Below, in pieces: positions 37,044-50,229 of a stretch of 64,000 bases of DNA (the first letter of the stretch is position 1; every line of letters starts with the position of its first letter). The translations under genes were made by a program, and so were the position numbers. Below the pieces are notes generated by a model. The model ran no database searches. It saw only the letters and a list, made by a program, of their open reading frames with translations, and was not told where the DNA came from. The DNA is from Cirrosporium novae-zelandiae (taxonomy: Eukaryota): the NCBI GenBank assembly GCA_026023565.1, contig JAPETS010000035.1:248001-312000 (forward strand). Reading direction: 5' to 3'.

Positions 37044-37971
37044 CTCGCTGTCAAAGTGAGTTGTGATGGATTAGATACCGTTGATTAGATGATGAGCATT
37101 TCCATCAGTTATGGACCTAATATTTATAATTATCTCGTAACAATTCCATTGTATTAACGAATATGATCATCTTTGTTTAAACATTTATTAAAAACACTGA
37201 CATGGAGAAAGGTAATGAAACGTTGAAAGAAACTTTCTTTCTGAAAGCCAAGTACAATGGCATTGTTAGGGAATTCTGGATAGCTACAGTTTTCTTTATC
37301 ATCTTTGTTCAAAGTGTGGGAACTGGCTATATATGCACGGACCGAACACCTAACCCTACCCTAACTCTTTTCGGGAATTCTTTAGGGCTACGGTTAGATT
37401 GTAGTTGAAAAAATATCAAGATAGCCAGACCTTGAAATATTTGATTTACAGGTTACGAGAGTATATATTTTCTCTACTCCTGATAGAAATAGTCAACGCT
37501 TGTCATTGAGGTAGTAAAACGGTCATATGATACCCACTATTTAGCTAACGATTTCCACACAAAGAATCTACAAGTTTATCGTATCTATCTGCTCCATCAT
37601 GTCATAGCTATGTAAGTAAGTTAGCTCTGTTAAAAGAAATGAAAAGTGGGTAAAATAACCTAATCCAAGGTACTTCGACTGCCAGTGGTGGTAAAGCAAT
37701 ATAAGCCAATACACCTTTGGGTACTTGATTTTCAGTTACTTGGTATTAAATACAAGTAGTGGCCATAAGCCCAAACATATGTTATATATGTAATACATAG
37801 TAGAAATCCAATCCTAGCACCAATTTCAACTAATCATCCAAGGTAATAATATACATAGCCATTGGTGCATAAATAAGCCCAGGAGCCTGCTCCTGAACGT
37901 CGAGTCAGTCAGTCCTGACTCCCGTCCATACCTTCCTTGTTCGTTGGGCGCTCAATTCATCACACTAAGAC

Positions 37972-39498
37972 TCAGGAGGTCCTACTCATAGACCTTTCAG
38001 ACTTTGGCTTCCCTATACCCCCAACAACACTTGTTTTAATCCCACCCGTGACACTTCCCTCCCACGCATTATCTAGATCCTCTATTTCATTCCCACTCTG
38101 GAGGCTCCCACTATCTTCGGCTTCTTCGCGCCTGTATTCTGTTGTGACCTGGATACGAAGGTTTCTGCTATGTCCCAGTTCTGGGTCTTCGTCTTTCCCA
38201 ATAATGCATTCCTCGCTGCCGTTTTTAGAGATTCGGTCTGCAGTTTTGACATTGCGGAGTTCATAGGCGGCGCCGGAGCTGGCACCTTCACGGTGATCGC
38301 TATGCAAAACAGAACGAGGCCGGAAGAAACCTTTGAAGCGAGGTTGGTTTGAGCCGTCGGCACTGCTGAACCAGACAGATTTGTTGAAAAGGGGTTTGAT
38401 AGCGGGGGCAGAGACGGCGAGGACAGACACGAAAGTTTCACGGATAGCCCAGATGGCGGAAAAGCCGGCATGTTCAACACTGGCGAGGCTTAGGATGCAG
38501 CGGAGCAAAGCAGCTATTATGACGAAGATACCAGAACAGATTAGGAGGGCGAGGATAATTTTACGGTAGAAGCGGATTCTGACTTGGAAGAGGATGGGGA
38601 TGGGAATTGCGAGGATTCCAATGTCGGTACTAAAATTATAATTACTATCAAAGACTTCTAGAGGTGAGGAGGGGGTTACTGACATGATGTTTAGTGTTGC
38701 AACACCTACATAATTTGAAACCTTGAGTGTGCAGCGATCTAAAATTTATTAGCTTCCTTGGATATTTCTTGTATTAGGAGCTTCGCGATGGGCCGTACCT
38801 CCTGCATATGGTTTGATTTGCCAATTCTTCTGAATAGGAATGCAATTACACGTGTTGATAAGAATAGAAGTCACGTAGGTAATACCACAAATGTAAGCCA
38901 TAACTTTGACTAATTGCTCTTGCCAAAGACCCATTCTGCTCGGATTAAAGTCAACTCGGCAATTGCGAAAACATCAGATGAGGATATTGTAACGGGGGAC
39001 ATACGTTAATCTCGAATAAAGGAACAGAAGTACCCCTTTAAGACACCAGATAAGGCTAATATAGGTAAACCAAGAAACAAACAGTGCCTTTGAGCCAATC
39101 GTGTATCGACGAACTTGCTCATCTGTCAATTCCTCGGCCGTTTTCTCATTGAGGCCTACGGAAGACCCGTATATAACTTGTTGATAGATCAGCCAAGAAT
39201 AAGGACAAGCCTAGATTTAAGACGCTCACCGATTAAATACATGATAACCGAGTCAAGCGTCCATAGTATCTAGTCATTTATGTTAGCCAGTAAGATCAGA
39301 ACCACCGAGGTCAGTTGCCCCTCGTACTGTGGCGAGGAGTGACATCCAGTCATCTCCTTTAAAATTCCGAAGCCCGACGACCTTCCACCTAGCTAAAAAT
39401 CGAAGTATGAATGCTGCCATCCCGATCCCATACTCGGGCCACATCTCTCGCTCGAAAGCCGCCACGATTCCAGGTGGAGTGAACATGAATCTATGCAT
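37972..39498 (-). CDS. PTH11-like (fungal rhodopsin-domain) integral membrane protein without CFEM domain, multi-exon
   Basis: LRFLARW...DDW, Y.SLIWCLKG.LLF.Y.RL, C.PIQKNWQ, TD..IL.IP.P.L, F.IIAALLRC and WAIRE..V...AV..P.IKPL motifs; several short canonical introns. Confidence 0.8.
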
Positions 39499-41747
39499 AG
39501 TAGAGGTAAATAAAGGAGCTTGTTGAAATACTATTTTAGATCAAAGAGAGTTGGAACGGGAGAGAGAATGAAAAACAGTACTTAAACGTGCCTTGGAGAT
39601 TAATGATATCGAAAGATTTGCTGGAAAATGGGTCAAGACGTGAAAACACATGGAATATAAATGTATCCTTCCAAAAGGCATAATCAGGAACCAATGCTAA
39701 AGGAGGGCCAGAACGTCCCAATCTATGGCAACGTTTTACGTGTGACTTTCTGCTACATTATAGAGCCTATTTTCCGGATTATAGAGACAAAACTAGGGAA
39801 ATGCCTGTCATAGTCTCCTAGATCCAGAGATAGCGTTTCTAGAAATGTGATTGTTATTGTTATTGCTGATTACCTCAATCGTTCTCGGAAAGAAAAAGTT
39901 TAACGAAAAAAAAAACGTATTTAGAGATCCATGATCGTGGCATGGATGATCAATGACTAGGCGTGAACTCTTGATTAAGTGGCGAACGCTGGCGCGTGTT
40001 TTTCTACCGTTCCTCCCAGACTTATACTGCGGGAATCGCTTCCGAATCAACAAGAATTCAGAAAATTCAGAACCCTGGAATTTCCACAAGGCTCGGTGCT
40101 TTTCAAAACAAGAGTTCCGCCGGATAGGATGCAGCCAAAGCCAAAACGGTGCAGGTTTCAGGCTCAAGTTGGTATGAATAGTCGCTCGACAATGAGGCCC
40201 ATATCTAAGGATCTGGAAGTTAGAGGTCCAAAAGCCAAACAACCCCTTTTAGTTGTACCGCTTTCGCAGCGTATATAGGTATACTTGTCTATGATATATG
40301 TGGTAGAATGTTCTAATCTAGACTCGTTCTAGAGTAGACCCTGCTAGTATAATGCCCTCCCTGTGGCATGTTGATGATAGCCGGGAAAGTTTTCCAGGTC
40401 TGAATAGTTGATTTGATCATTTCAACGTTGTTCTATTAGAAAATCCATGAGGCCTCAAAAGTTACTGAAAAGGGGTAGAAATAGATGTGAGTGAGTCGTT
40501 CTTGGGGGCCATGAACTCGTGATCAAGTGCCAGAGAGAACGAGATGAGGGGATAGAGTTCAATTGCACACGAATAACCTGTTTTTCAAGGATCCAGCCAG
40601 TTGATTTCATACCCAAAAATTGGTTCCAATCTCAGGTATTAGATCCAGACAATAAGAAGAGAAGCATTGGATAGGCACCGAAGATAGCATAATGCCTTCA
40701 AATTAACGACAGGGATGAAGGTTGAAGGGTAGGAATATCTAGAAATGGAAGTAATAGAAGTTGGGGGCTAGGGTAAATGATCCTGTCCTGTGTTACTACA
40801 CCAGATAGAGTGTGGGGAGAGTTTTGACTGGTGGATGCTAAGGAACCTTATATCATCATCGTCCAAGACATTTTCAGCTGACAAGTTGAATTAACCCCTT
40901 CCAGATTAATCGGGTTCACCTGTTAATTACCTGTTTGTTAATCAATTCAACAATCTCAAAGAGAGCAGGCTTCCCCGCACATCTGAAGTTACGTCTGCCA
41001 TCTCCAGGGAGACTGAACTCCTACCTAGGTTCTCCACATCATTGAACGAAAAGCCACTTTCATCAGGGATCATTCAATGTTTGCTTGCTTCATTAGACGA
41101 CCGGTGGTGGCGAGGACTCGGTAGAATGCAGAGCATAGTGACTACTTTGACCTTATTCCAATACTTTCCTTAACTATGCAAGGTTAGGATCGTTAAAACG
41201 ACATCATAATTCAAAGGGGCACCCGCCATCTTGGCAGGGGATGCAAAATCAAATATCCAATAGATAATGATATATATATGTCCACTACATGGTATACCCC
41301 CTTTGGGGGGTTTCTGTGGCATATGTACAACCGCTTATTCGCCTCCATCCATCCATCCTCGTCATATAGCATAGCAGAGGCATCGATAGTTGCATAAAGA
41401 AACAATTAGAAATAGAAGGGGTAAGTAAGTAGCGTAAGCCGCACAACACCTGTAGACAGGTATCCACGCTCGCTCCCTTGCTCGGAAATGTAGCTAACCA
41501 CTCTTCTTTCATCAGGTCCACCCATATCTCTAAGTTGTAACAAGGTAGTAGGAATATCACGTGAAAATCTTCACTAGCGCAATAGCGTCCTCAACACCCT
41601 AGGCTTGGACAATCTATCTATCCGTATCTCTTCAGGTGCAACAGTTCTTTTTTGATTCAATTGCAAAAGACTAAAGACCTTCGGTTTTTCAACTTCTCGG
41701 CTTTGGGAAAAAATATACGGCACATAGGAAAAAATGTCGATTGGCGG

Positions 41748-42234
41748 TTACTCGCTCTTCTTCTCCGGGTCCTCCAAGATCCCTTCGCTCTCCAATCGCC
41801 TTCTGGCCTCTTCGAGTGCCCATGTTTGAATCCTGCCAGCAAAAAATAAGTGTTAGCCAATCATGTCTCTATTGAACCACCCATCACTGTAGTCTCCCAG
41901 GTAGGCGAACAATCCGAATCTCCTAGCCCTTTACTACAAAGAAAAACACTTACGACGTATCAGGCTTAAATATGTATCCAACAACCCCGAATAGCATGCT
42001 ACCGCCAAAGCCCCACAGCATCAGGCCCTCCCATCCTTCTTTCTCGTATTTCTTGCCTGGTGGAATTCCCCACAACCAGCCGGTGGGGGGGTCATACTGG
42101 GATTCATGTTCACCATGGGCAGATCGGAGGGAACGGGTGGTGGAGAGCTGGCGGGATGGGGTTGATACTGGAGAGTGGAGGCGGAGGATGGCACGCGTTG
42201 AAGCGGTGGCCGTGGTTGGGAGACGGGATGGCAT
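41748..42234 (-). CDS. Complex I ESSS subunit (NDUFB11-like), 2 exons
   Basis: Mitochondrial presequence, YDPPTGWLWG, KEGWE, single TM, KPDTS|IQTWALEEARRRLE; stop at 41748-41750. Confidence 0.9.
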
Positions 42235-42984
42235 TGTATGATAATGTTGGGCAGGGATGATGCTGGATTGGATTAATTAACGATTGAAATTCGAGAGTCC
42301 TCCCAAGTCAATTGCTCGTAGCGTAGGAATGTCGCAAAATGTTTTCAACCGTAAGGTACCGTCTACCAGATCAATTCCTTCGTATTCCTTTGGTTCAAGG
42401 TCCGTCCTATCTTATCCTTTCGAAGAGGGGAGATTTCCGTTTAATGTCGTCAAGCAAGTTGACGAACCTGGTTCAATGATACCACTTCTAGGTGAATAAA
42501 AGGAAGAATAGATATAAGGACGAAGTTAGAAGAAGGTACTCCGTAGTGGAGATGAGAAGCGGCTTAACGGATTGATGGAGGTGAGATGTGACTGGTGAGC
42601 GGATCTGTTCTGGGTTGGATTTGCGGTTTCGGGAATGGTTGGTTCCGGCTTACTGTACCAAGGCGTTTGGGCGCTTATGTGCCTTGTTTTTGAAATGTGA
42701 CGCGGCTCATGGGAGGAAAAGTGGGGTTTAGGTTTATGGGTGTGCGGCTGGGCGGATTATGCTATCGACCATCAAATAATCATAGATAGTATTATCCTCA
42801 GAAAAAAATATTCAATTATTATCTATATATTTATTTAATATTTAACGAGGTTTCCTATTAACACCATAGCCATCTCATCCGATCCTTGCTGACAACATCG
42901 CTGAGCTTCCCTAGTCATACATAATGGGTATCTATCATCATGAGCTCATGAAATCGGAAGCTCTCACAGAAGCGAAACGTCATT

Positions 42985-45488
42985 TTACATAACAATACAG
43001 TCTTTCTCCCGCCTCTCTTCGCTCAAGTTAACTGAAGATTTTCTCTGCCCATTTCCATGAGTCATTGGGGAGCCGCCTCCTCTCAGTGTGCTTCTTCTGC
43101 GACCGCTGTAATTCGAGTTGAAGGAGGGAGTCGAGGTACTGGCGCCCGAATTTTCATAGTACGCGCTGTTACCTCCTCCGATACCTGGCGGTACTGCTGA
43201 AGGATGGGCGGGATGATTCGGTCCTGGGATAAAAACCTTGCTTGCGGTAGCCTGCTCGTACGAAGGCGGTGGAGCCTCGGCGCCAGGACTTGGAGGACGA
43301 TTGACAGCAGGATTTGTTCTCCGAGGTCTCTGATTTCGTGGTGGTACCAGTGGCCGGACCCGAGGCTGTTGCTGTGGCCTGGGTGTAGTTGTCACACGAA
43401 CATTGTTATTGGACTGTCTATTGCCGGCATATTCGTTAAGTCTGCTGTCTCGCTGTTGACGTGCAGCCCTTTCACTCCGCTCGCGTTCCTCCTCATCCTC
43501 TTGTAGTTGAAGCGCAAGAGCAAAGTCATGATCTTCTTGCTCACGGCTAGGGCTTTTTGCAGAAGAGAGAGGAACGTCTAAGGAATTACTACCTGTATGA
43601 TGCGGGTTGATCGTTAGCTGTTGTCTCTGGCTAGACCTTTTCCCGCGGCTAACTGTCGTCCAGTCCTCATCAGATGCATTGCGGACTTCTCCAACCTCTC
43701 TAGTTGGGCTATTTGGAGCATTGCCCACCGGTCTAAAATCCCCCGAGAAGAATTCAGAACCTTCTCCATTTACATCCACTAAGCTCTGCCACACAATCTC
43801 GTCATGGCCTGCATAACCAGCGTCCGTCACCAGCGTAAGGAGCTGGCCCTTACTAGGGTGTTTGCAAATAGTACTGAAGTGGTCATTCCGGAAGAGTATA
43901 GCAAAGGTTCCCGGGGCCAATGTATCCGTGAGAAGGTCTAATCCAAACCCTGTCAACTGGGTGGCTGTGGTGCTCAGAAATTGCTTGATGTTTTTGATAT
44001 CTTGCAGCATCTCTAGTTCTTCTTCGCTTAATCTTTCTTGGTCTAATTTATCCTCTAGCTCTTCTTCATGAAACAGTATATTTTGGGCATCTTCATAAGT
44101 CTTTGCTAATCGTTCCAAGGCTTGATAAACTGGATGGGAATGTGGAGGAAGCCAGCCATGCACCAACGGAATCCCAAATAAGCTGTAGAGGCCCATCTCC
44201 TTGGTATTTTCGAACCCTCCAGGCACACGATTGGTATTATCCTCTGACGGTAGAGCAATTAAGCTGTCTGGCTCAGGAGCTACGAATGCTGGGTTAACGT
44301 TCATGCCAGTGTGAAGCGCTACAAGGAACGCATTAAGTTCATCAGGATCTGGAACGGTACTTTGACATCGATCATATAGCTCATTAAAGACGGCCTCCAA
44401 CAACAAGCCCAAGGTCACATGTTCCCGTACTCTCAAGGTCTCAACCAGCGGAGTGCTTGCAGTCATATGCGTAGAAAGTAGAAGAGCGTTAACCAAGGCT
44501 AATAAAGGGCAAGGTCCATTTGCATTTTGGACTAGTATGGGCGACTCTCGCATTTTTCGTACGAACATATCATACCAATTAATATGCCTGATCTGATATG
44601 TTTCTCCTCTGTCTACCTGCGGAACTCTAGTCATGATTTGGGGGCGAGGCAGTTGTTCAGGAGTTTTCTCATGATCTGGTTCATCTGTTGGTGTTCTGGG
44701 AGGAAGTTCTGGTGGTGTGTTCTCAAAGGGTCGCTCTAGCGCTGGTGTACCGTTCGAGGAAGAAACTGATTGTGAGTATGATGGGATGTCATGGTCTGGG
44801 TTGGGGGTTAGCAACGACGGGTTGCCTTTGGCGGTTTCGTTGCTCTGTGCTTGCGTTTGAGGTTCAGTCCCTTCCCAAGCAACAGCATTTGATTGTAATT
44901 CGAATGGGTCCTGTAGATTCGAAGGATGCGAGGGTAGAGCAACCGTCGGTCCCAAACCAACTTCTTGCTGGCTGGTGCTGTTTTGTCCCCTCAAGTCCGT
45001 CTGAAAAGGGCTATGAGATGTGACATGGGATACTGAATTTTCCTCAAGGGATAGGTTCGCAATTGTATGGACCAGGGTTTCTTAACGATATAGATTAGTC
45101 AATGTATTTAATAGCTGGATACCAGTAGAATAATATCGAACGTACCATCTTGTTTTAGCTCGGGTTCGGGGGAAGTGGTTGGCACAGCAGCACGGAACGG
45201 ATTGTTGGATTGAAATGTATGAACCGGCTGCTGTGGACTTGTAGGGACTCCCAAATCCTCGGGTGTTGTGCTCAATGGTGTCATTTCAGCTCCCGGCTTC
45301 AGGGCGGGTGGAAGTGTGCCCTCTCTTTGAAAGTCTCCGGTTTGATCTTGCTTAACACCGGGGAGCAAAGGCTCGGGAAGTTCATTATTATGGGTTCCAT
45401 CTTCCCAGGGATTTTGTTCTAGTGGTGTTGAAGGATACGGTAAATTGTTCACCACCGAGTCTGGCGGTAGAGGCTTCCGAACAACCAT
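42985..45488 (-). CDS. MINDY-family (DUF544) deubiquitinase with MIU-like ubiquitin-binding motif
   Basis: QNANGPCPLLALVN (catalytic Cys), IPLVHGW, FRNDHFS (catalytic His), LVTDAGY, DHDFALALQLQE; C-terminal CIVM CaaX-like end; intron ~45082-45143. Confidence 0.9.
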
Positions 45489-46069
45489 GATAGGTGCGGC
45501 GCGACGGCGCAATGAAAAGACTATTTGTGTTTCAAGAAACTCATATAAACTAAAATCGTGGATATAGTATAAATATCCCAGAGGAAAGCTAAGCCAGGAG
45601 AGTGATTCTAAGTTAGAATCATATAATAAGTATAGGAATTGAAGGTCATTTCACCTGCAGTAAGAGCGTTTGTTGAAGGAAGTGCCTATTAGCTTGCGTG
45701 TCTCTCTCGTAACACTTCCCTGTGCCTCTACGCTATAGCTGTGCCTTGGCGAGCATACCCCCGACCCAGCGAAGCTTTGCTTGCTACCAACGCGGGAAAT
45801 TATGCAGGGGAATTTCTACTTATTTTTTACAACATCATTTAACATGTTGGACTCCCTAATTCGAATATTATATTTTACATTTCTTTGAATCAAAATATAG
45901 ATTTTCTGCGAGGTTCCTTTGTCTTAAGTACCCAGGTATGGTACCTACAGTAAGGTTACATAATTACAGGGGCATGGAGGTAATTTATCAGATACCTGAT
46001 ATCCTGAGAGCCTGATAGCCTGATAGCCGAGAATGACGTTTTCCTTGGGGGGCTATACGCCTCATGTGG

Positions 46070-46111
46070 CAGTGCCAGTGCCAGTGCCAGTGCCAGTGCC
46101 AGCGCCAGTGC
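46070..46111. repeat. (CAGTGC)n hexamer tandem repeat, ~7 units
   Basis: cagtgccagtgccagtgccagtgccagtgccagcgccagtgc read directly. Confidence 0.85.
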
Positions 46112-46878
46112 GATAGACTAATTACCAAACATGTTAGGCAACCGTTTTTCATTCATTACTGTAGTCTTTCCGTGTCATTCAATTTCAAATTAATTACAAA
46201 ATACCCGTTAGGAATATTACGTTTCGGTAATTAGTTAAAGCTTCCCCAGATGATCGAAATATTTCCGTCCTTGGGAAATGTCTCATCTCGGGGTAGACCA
46301 GTCTAAGTCATATTTGGCTTTCGGGTACCCTCCATGCCTTCCCATCACTCCTCCACCAAAGCAACTTGATCCTTCATGACATTTGAACAGTGAAAGGATA
46401 TAGGAAATATCCTTTCTAACCCTAATCATTGAGAGCATATTATTATCAATGTCTTTTTCTTTTCCAGCTTATTGTATATTTCTAACTTCAGTAAAAAAAC
46501 ATCGAGGTAGCAAGTCTGTCAAGTTGATAGGTAGTATTCAACCAATTCCAGCTGCTTTTTATCGCGCCACTACCCTTCCCAGATGCCGTATCTCTCCACC
46601 AACATTCATTCCGCTATCCAAAGGTTTAGTGGCTTCCTTATAGGTCATGTATTTCAATTCTGACATTATTTAACTCAATCTTCCCCACAAAGGCAATGTT
46701 GTGCCTTGGTTCTCTTGCTGTTTTTCATCATCGTAACAGCCTGGCATATCTCACCCTTCTCCTCCTTCTTTTCATCATCTCCGTTGGATAAGTTTGCCCA
46801 AAGCCACTTTCTTGAATATCTCGTACCAGGCTTTATTAAGTCAACTTGAGAGCCAGGACACAACCAAGTCTCAAGACG

Positions 46879-47820
46879 ATGGCACGTCCTTCAAATAGTG
46901 CGTACTGCAACAGTTTCAATAGCAGAGCCTTCTTTCCTCACGGTATCCCCCCCGACGAACCAATCCGCCACTACAACAGTGCTGTATCTACCAACCTATC
47001 CAGCAATAGCAGCAGACAGATTCCCAACTGTGGTACCAACAGGTCCTCAAGTTCCATGCCTTCTCGGCCTTCTCGCGAGCCAAGGGCCATCCACCTGCTT
47101 TCATACATAGGGGACAAGGTGGTCCGTAGTGTTGGTACTTTCCGTGGACTTAATATCACAAGGATGAGGTCATTTCAAAAGAGACGGGCCAAGATCAATG
47201 ATGACAGTGACGATGATTATGATAGCAGCGATTATAGCGGTTGGAGTAGTTTGAGTGGTTTGAGCTATCGCAGCCGTCATAGGATTCGCCCACTCTGCAC
47301 TTATTCCAGAGACATTCCTGAATCGAGTCATCGTCGGGCGGTCAACTTAGCCGGACGGGGTGTACAGGACGATGAAAGATGGCTGCAATCCGATAATTCT
47401 TATTCTGACGCTCATAATCCATATCACCGCGAAAATGAACCTGATGGGTATGGGGGGCATAGTGGCTATGGTTGGAACGACGAAGATCGCCCTCCGCGAA
47501 CCCCTTCCTTTGAGGAACCGCCACCTCGCTACGACCATATATTTCCTTCGGGCGAACCTATGGGTGGTTATGGTGCCAGGTCGTCGTCACAGGGCCAATG
47601 CCGAAATAACGAGGATCGGGGTCCTTTCACCGAAAGCTCCCAGCGAGAAGAGCGGCCGGTGCTCGTAAATAATGGCATACGCACAACAAATTCGGACGAG
47701 TCTCGTCGCAGAGAAGCTGAATTTGCAGCACGCGAAGCCGAGCTTAATAGAAGAGAGGAGGCAATCAGGCTTAGAGAGACAATTCATAGCCGGAGATTAA
47801 ACAGCGATGGGTTGAGTTGA
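46879..47820 (+). CDS. Hypothetical disordered protein with PPxY-like motif and charged C-terminal helix
   Basis: Long open frame; first ATG at 46879; EEPPPRY; RREAEFAAREAELNRREEAIRLRE. No family recognised. Confidence 0.5.
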   Translation: MARPSNSAYCNSFNSRAFFPHGIPPDEPIRHYNSAVSTNLSSNSSRQIPNCGTNRSSSSMPSRPSREPRAIHLLSYIGDKVVRSVGTFRGLNITRMRSFQKRRAKINDDSDDDYDSSDYSGWSSLSGLSYRSRHRIRPLCTYSRDIPESSHRRAVNLAGRGVQDDERWLQSDNSYSDAHNPYHRENEPDGYGGHSGYGWNDEDRPPRTPSFEEPPPRYDHIFPSGEPMGGYGARSSSQGQCRNNEDRGPFTESSQREERPVLVNNGIRTTNSDESRRREAEFAAREAELNRREEAIRLRETIHSRRLNSDGLS

Positions 47821-48491
47821 CGTGAAGCTTTTTGAGGGGGGTTAGAAAAACTATTTTCGTTTGGCTTTATTTCATACCACTTCAGCAATCCATCCGCCTT
47901 TCATCAGAATTTCTATACAGGACACACACGCCATTCAGGTTAGTTAGGGGGAAATAAAAGTTAGAAAAAAAGTACTAGGATATATTTTCCCATTATTTAG
48001 CAGGCGTCTTGTCTAGTGAAATGAAAGATCAACTTTTCTCCATTATAAATATGCAAAATTAGCATTTCACGGAGTAGAAAAACATCGAGGTAATTACTTT
48101 TAATGAAATATATCTGGATAAGGGATGTAGATTTGGTTCAAAATCTTCGCCAGAACTTATAACGTGAAAACGGTAGGGTTCTGTCACGATGACTGGCGAT
48201 GTACCTTTTCTTTTGCTGTATTAACTTTAGTTCCGATCGGAGAGTTTTTTGTGTTTATTTGGAGGAGTTGGGAAGTTGAAATACAAGAATTAAGGTTCCA
48301 TCCACGTTCGCATAATTCCGACGCGCTAGACTCCCGATTGTTTAAGAATTGATAATAAGTACCTATATTAGAGTGTATTAATGACTTAGAGACTTAAGAG
48401 ATATAGCTGATGAACATACCATTTGTCAAGTTAATTTAAACCGCTATTTATTTGTTATATACTATCCCTCTATCATTTCCTTTGATCTTTC

Positions 48492-49697
48492 ATGATGGAT
48501 CTAATCGAGGCCTTCGAGAAGAACTCCAAGATGGAGCCTATCAAATGCATTGAAATGCACACAACAGGTGAACCTACAAGAGTTGTCTGCTCGGGCTTTC
48601 CACCCTTGCAGGGTACGCTGCTTGAACAGCGAGCTCAAGCCAAAGAAAAATATGACCATATACGTTCTCGCATCATCCTGGAGCCACGCGGACACTGGGA
48701 CATGTATGGGGCTATTCTACGACAGGAGACGGAGCTGGTTTCCTCGGGGGAGGCTCACATTGGCGTACTCTTCATGCATAATCATGGGTTTTCGACAATG
48801 TGCGGGCATGCTACCATCGCCCTCGGACGGTTTCTTGTAGATACTCATGATCTGAACCTATTCCCGCGCCGCAATGAGTTGCAATTTGATCCGGTCTCGA
48901 AGACGACTGAGGTTAGGCTTCATGCGCCGTGTGGCTTGATCCGTATATCAGTCCCAACGACGCCGGACGGAAAGTCGACTGACACGTTACGGTTAACTTC
49001 CTTCGTTTCTACTCCTGCGTTCGCAACCGCGATTGGGATGACTGTCTCTATCCCTCAAGCTGTTCGATGGCCAGAACTAGGCCAGCGAACACATATCACG
49101 TTGGATTTGTCATTCGGGGGTACCTTTTACATGCTTGTCTCTGCACAAGAACTCGGCTTCCCTAACGGTCTCAAGGATGTGAATCTTGATGCCATGGGCA
49201 ACTGTATCAGATATTTGTTAGATTATCTCCGCAGTGCTCCTGAGGTTGCTGCTGCAATCACCTATCCCTCCCAGAAAGATCTTTCTTTCCTATATTCTGT
49301 CATGGTCGTTGACGCTGATCTGGGCGTTCCTGCATCAGATGCAGCTGGTGCGGAGTCAGGATTATGCTATTTTGCTGATCAGCAAATTGACCGGTCCCCG
49401 ACGGGAGGATGTGTGGTAGCGCGAATGGCTCTCGCACACGCAAAAGGGGTGCGGCCGGTTGGGCAAAGATGGACCTATCATTCAGTAGTCTCGAATGCAT
49501 TTGGCGGTGTGGGGGCTTTTACCGGAGAGGTTGTTGAAGAGTTGAAGATCGAAGGGGTGAAGGGCATCGCTGAGAACGGTGTTCGTGTCAAGGTTGAAGG
49601 ACAGGCCTATTATACGGGATCTCAGACATTCATTGTTGAAGAAGCGGATTCAATCTCTGCGAAAGGATTTTCGATGAAGAGTGTGGCATCTCAGTAA
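48492..49697 (+). CDS. Proline racemase superfamily enzyme, Cys/Thr type (probable trans-3-hydroxy-L-proline dehydratase), intronless
   Basis: MHTTGEPTR, EPRGH.DMYGA, STMCGH (Cys), FGG.FY and DRSPTG (Thr at the second catalytic site). Confidence 0.9.
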   Translation: MMDLIEAFEKNSKMEPIKCIEMHTTGEPTRVVCSGFPPLQGTLLEQRAQAKEKYDHIRSRIILEPRGHWDMYGAILRQETELVSSGEAHIGVLFMHNHGFSTMCGHATIALGRFLVDTHDLNLFPRRNELQFDPVSKTTEVRLHAPCGLIRISVPTTPDGKSTDTLRLTSFVSTPAFATAIGMTVSIPQAVRWPELGQRTHITLDLSFGGTFYMLVSAQELGFPNGLKDVNLDAMGNCIRYLLDYLRSAPEVAAAITYPSQKDLSFLYSVMVVDADLGVPASDAAGAESGLCYFADQQIDRSPTGGCVVARMALAHAKGVRPVGQRWTYHSVVSNAFGGVGAFTGEVVEELKIEGVKGIAENGVRVKVEGQAYYTGSQTFIVEEADSISAKGFSMKSVASQ

Positions 49698-50229
49698 CTA
49701 GAAAGGGGAATATGGAAAGAGAAGATGTAAAATTCCCTAGATGACTAAATCGTTTGGTCTAAGATTCTCCATACCTTTAGACCCGGAAGTCTTGCGATCC
49801 AGTAAGTGGAATTATCATATTTACACGAGGAAATAACTTTATCATTAGAAGACCAATCCAGCCAAGGCTTTTTGAAGAAAGATTGAGCATATACAAGCGG
49901 TATTGATTCGTGAAAGAAATACGTCTGGTGTCTTACAACAAAGTACCGTAAACTTCTGATCGGTCTACAATCAAAAATTCCTATAGCAGATGTTAACACT
50001 TATTTCTTCCGATGACCCCTTGATAACACATCCACGCAGGGGAGCATTATGGAGTACCATTAGCGTATCGGTTTCTTTCATGGAGAACGTCAATTCCAAA
50101 TTGTTCATTGCGCCAAAGTAAACCTGAAAATAGGTTCCTTTTACAACAAGATTGATTGCTATATGAACCCAATACTTCCCGATAGCATCCAAGAGTTTAC
50201 TTGAAGCCCATGGTCCGTCCGTCCAGATC

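Noticed and set aside
49695..49730. TAA-CTA stop context suggesting readthrough to a peroxisomal signal
   Set aside because: The efficient motif is TGA-CTA, and the extension would end in EKM, not a PTS1.
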